Below, piece after piece: positions 1 to 20,000 of a stretch of 20,000 nucleotides of DNA. Position 1 is the first letter of the stretch. The number at the start of each line of letters is the position of its first letter. Source of the stretch: Chiloscyllium plagiosum (lineage: Eukaryota). The translations under genes were made by a program, and so were the position numbers. Below the pieces are notes generated by a model that saw only the letters and a list, made by a program, of their open reading frames with translations, did no database searches and was not told the origin of the DNA. The stretch spans positions 75,018-95,017 of the forward strand of contig NW_025215370.1 of the NCBI RefSeq assembly GCF_004010195.1, given 5' to 3'.

Positions 1-837
1 CCTTTTTCTATTGTAATCCTGCCCTCCGCTGACCCTTGAACTTGAAGCTGCTCAGATGGTGCCTGGAGGCCGTGTTTGATGTCATGAGCGATTGCCTGCC
101 TTGCCTACTTCACAGACTGGCAGAAAGGAGGTCACTCAGGCCATCAGGTCCTGCTAGTTCCATGAAAAAAAATTCTCTAAATATTCCCATGCTCCCCCAC
201 ACACCTCCCCTCAGCCCCAATGTCTCCTGCAGATCTTTCCCGAATCTCCCCCACTTCCTTTTGAAAGCTCCTGTTGAATCTGCTCCCTCCCACCTTCTTG
301 CAGCCAGTAAAGTGCTTCCTTTTCTTCCAAGGATGTCATAATTTCGGAGGTGCGCACAGCAAGATCCCAAGGGGGGAAGCTTCATGAGGAGACCCCAGAT
401 CGTCAAGTTTATTTTCTTTTTCTTTTGGTTGAAAGCCGGGTCAGCTAAATCAATCCCACCTCCTGCCCTGCCAGACTGCACTGCTCCTCATCCCTGTTCT
501 TTAACCGGTACCCACCCAGTCAAGGGACAAAAGGACTTGAAATGGGGTGGGGGAGGGTTCAATGTCCCCCCATTCTTCCCCACCCCCCCGCCCCATCCTT
601 CCCAATCGGCGTCTCATTGTACACTCAAGCGTCGGGGATCTTTCCCTGACCTGGAAGCGGCGCTAGGGCTCTCTTGCAGCTGGAGGATCTTGCTCAGCAA
701 GATCCTGCGAATGTTTCCTGGGAAGGGGGGGTGGGGTTGGTGGAGGGATAAACTACCTCCAAGCCCAAACAAAAGAAAATGTGGGGGTGGGTGGGTGGAA
801 TGGATAACGAAGGGAGGGGCGTCACTAAAGGATATAG

Positions 838-18268
<17,431 letters not shown>

Positions 18269-18654
18269 GTGAGGGGGGAGGGCATACCTGGTGATGAAAA
18301 ACCCTGGGCTCAGTGCCGGGACAGGGACAGGACAGGGTTTGACACAGAGTAAAGTTCCCTCTACACTGTCCCCCATCAAACACTTCGAGGTCTGGAACTA
18401 CATGGGGATAGAAACAGAGTAAAGCTCTCTCTACACTGTCCCTTTACAAACATTCTCAGGACAGGGACAGCACGGTCTTAGATACAGGGTAAAGCTCTCT
18501 TTACAGTGCCCCCCCTGTCAAACACTCCCAGGACAGGGACAACATGGGTTAGGTACAGAGTAAAGCTCTTTCTACACTGGTCGCCCCTCCCCCCATCGCC
18601 AGACAGGGGCAGCACAGGGGTTAGGTACAGAGTAAAGTTCTGACTACATTGTCG

Positions 18655-18814
18655 GGGAGGAGAAAGTGAGGACCGTAGATGCTGGAGACAGAGTTGAAAA
18701 ATGTGGTGCTGGAAAAATACAGCAGGCCAGGCATTATCCGAGGAGCAGCAGAATCTACGTTTCAGGCATAAGCCCTTCTTCAGGAAACATTGATTCTCCC
18801 GGTCCTCGGATGCT
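18655..18814 (-). mobile_element. Short Penelope-like terminal-repeat insertion with a partial inverted copy
   Basis: Homologous to the 3' end of the element at 15590-16097; flanked by ttctga(c/t)tacattgtcg direct repeats. Confidence 0.78.
18751..18787 (-). ncRNA. Minimal type I hammerhead ribozyme-like motif
   Basis: Minus strand reads CUGAAGA-A-GGGC-UUAU-GCCU-GAAAC-GUA: both catalytic boxes, a stem II hairpin, palindromic ACGU stem III and an NUH triplet. Stem I is very weak. Confidence 0.6.
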
Positions 18815-18969
18815 TTCTGATTACATTGTCGCCTCATCAAACACTCCCAGGACAGGAGTTAATGCATTCCCCTCTGAGCTGGGTGTCTGTGCTGATACAT
18901 TGACATCTAGTTCTGAATGTGGACCTCACAGATCCACGCAAAGAAAATAAAATTAGATAGAAGCAAAGT

Positions 18970-19431
18970 GGGGATGAGCTGTCATTTTGAAATGCCGCAG
19001 TCCCCCACTCTCTATGTTGCAGGGACACCCTGCACAGTGCCATTAAGGAGGAAGTTGCAGGATTCTGAACCCAAGGGAACGTCTGATATATTTCCATGTT
19101 TGGACCGTGTGAGGGGCTTGGAGGGGAACTATCAAGGGACTGCCATTCCCTATGTATCTGCCACCCTTGCCCCCTTCCAGGGGATAGAGCTAACAGGTTT
19201 GGAAGTTGCTTTCTCAGGAGCCTCGCTGCAGTTGGTCTTCTAGACGGTACACACTGCTGCGACTGGGTGTCAGGATGGGTGGAGGGAGGGGGTGTTTGTG
19301 GGTGTGGTGCTAATCGAGCGGGGGGGGGGTAGCTTCTCGAGTGTTGTCGGAGCTGCCCCCATCCAGAGAAACTTGGGAGTATTCCCTCACGCTCCTGACT
19401 TGTGCCTTGTCCATGGTGGGACAGGGTGTGG
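18970..19431 (-). mobile_element. Degenerate CR1/L2-group LINE ORF2 C-terminal fragment running into an assembly gap (N 19432-19931)
   Basis: Minus-strand remnants KAQVRSVREYS and VAAVCTV resemble the post-RT region (YK..VRS..EY) of non-LTR retrotransposons. Confidence 0.7.
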
Positions 19432-20000
19432 NNNNNNNNNNNNNNNNNNNNNNNNNNNNNNNNNNNNNNNNNNNNNNNNNNNNNNNNNNNNNNNNNNNNN
19501 NNNNNNNNNNNNNNNNNNNNNNNNNNNNNNNNNNNNNNNNNNNNNNNNNNNNNNNNNNNNNNNNNNNNNNNNNNNNNNNNNNNNNNNNNNNNNNNNNNNN
19601 NNNNNNNNNNNNNNNNNNNNNNNNNNNNNNNNNNNNNNNNNNNNNNNNNNNNNNNNNNNNNNNNNNNNNNNNNNNNNNNNNNNNNNNNNNNNNNNNNNNN
19701 NNNNNNNNNNNNNNNNNNNNNNNNNNNNNNNNNNNNNNNNNNNNNNNNNNNNNNNNNNNNNNNNNNNNNNNNNNNNNNNNNNNNNNNNNNNNNNNNNNNN
19801 NNNNNNNNNNNNNNNNNNNNNNNNNNNNNNNNNNNNNNNNNNNNNNNNNNNNNNNNNNNNNNNNNNNNNNNNNNNNNNNNNNNNNNNNNNNNNNNNNNNN
19901 NNNNNNNNNNNNNNNNNNNNNNNNNNNNNNNCGATTAGATTCCAGTCTGTAACTCACTCCCAGGTATCTGTTATTCTGTATATAAACCACCCCAAACCCC

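Larger units (their letters stand above)
18315..18856 (-). repeat. About 60-65 bp satellite (inverted relative to 9562 and 11270), split by a Penelope-type insertion
   Basis: Repeated acagagtaaagctctctctacactgtccccc...aaacactcccaggacagg. Confidence 0.88.

Noticed and set aside
18269..20000. Further cytoplasmic-tail exons (NPxY/YxxM/ITAM-like motifs)
   Set aside because: Visible sequence is satellite and retroelement; any such exon would be in the gap or beyond the window.

Overview
Vertebrate genomic DNA, most likely from a cartilaginous fish: it carries HE1/V-SINE-type SINEs, CR1/HER1-type LINE tails and satellites typical of sharks. Four assembly gaps interrupt it. The window holds 13 consecutive + strand coding exons (884-18268) of a MEGF10/MEGF11/PEAR1 (CED-1/Draper family) receptor gene, most like PEAR1. 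The exons splice through GT-AG sites into one open frame of 1956 nt (about 652 codons). This frame encodes 13 complete EGF/laminin-EGF repeats, one truncated repeat, a transmembrane helix and the start of the cytoplasmic tail. The 5' exons (signal peptide, EMI domain) and the remaining cytoplasmic exons are not visible. The introns are filled with SINEs, CR1-like LINE fragments, Penelope-like fragments and several minisatellites. Most ORFs in the supplied track are spurious. The most notable observations are: a shortened EGF array ending in a half-EGF exon; a 150-bp duplication that copies a real 3' splice region into the next intron; a small Penelope-type insertion with a hammerhead-ribozyme core, inverted arms and a target-site duplication; and a distant branch point. 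I found no convincing wholly new biological system. Comparisons with human proteins are from memory and need alignment.
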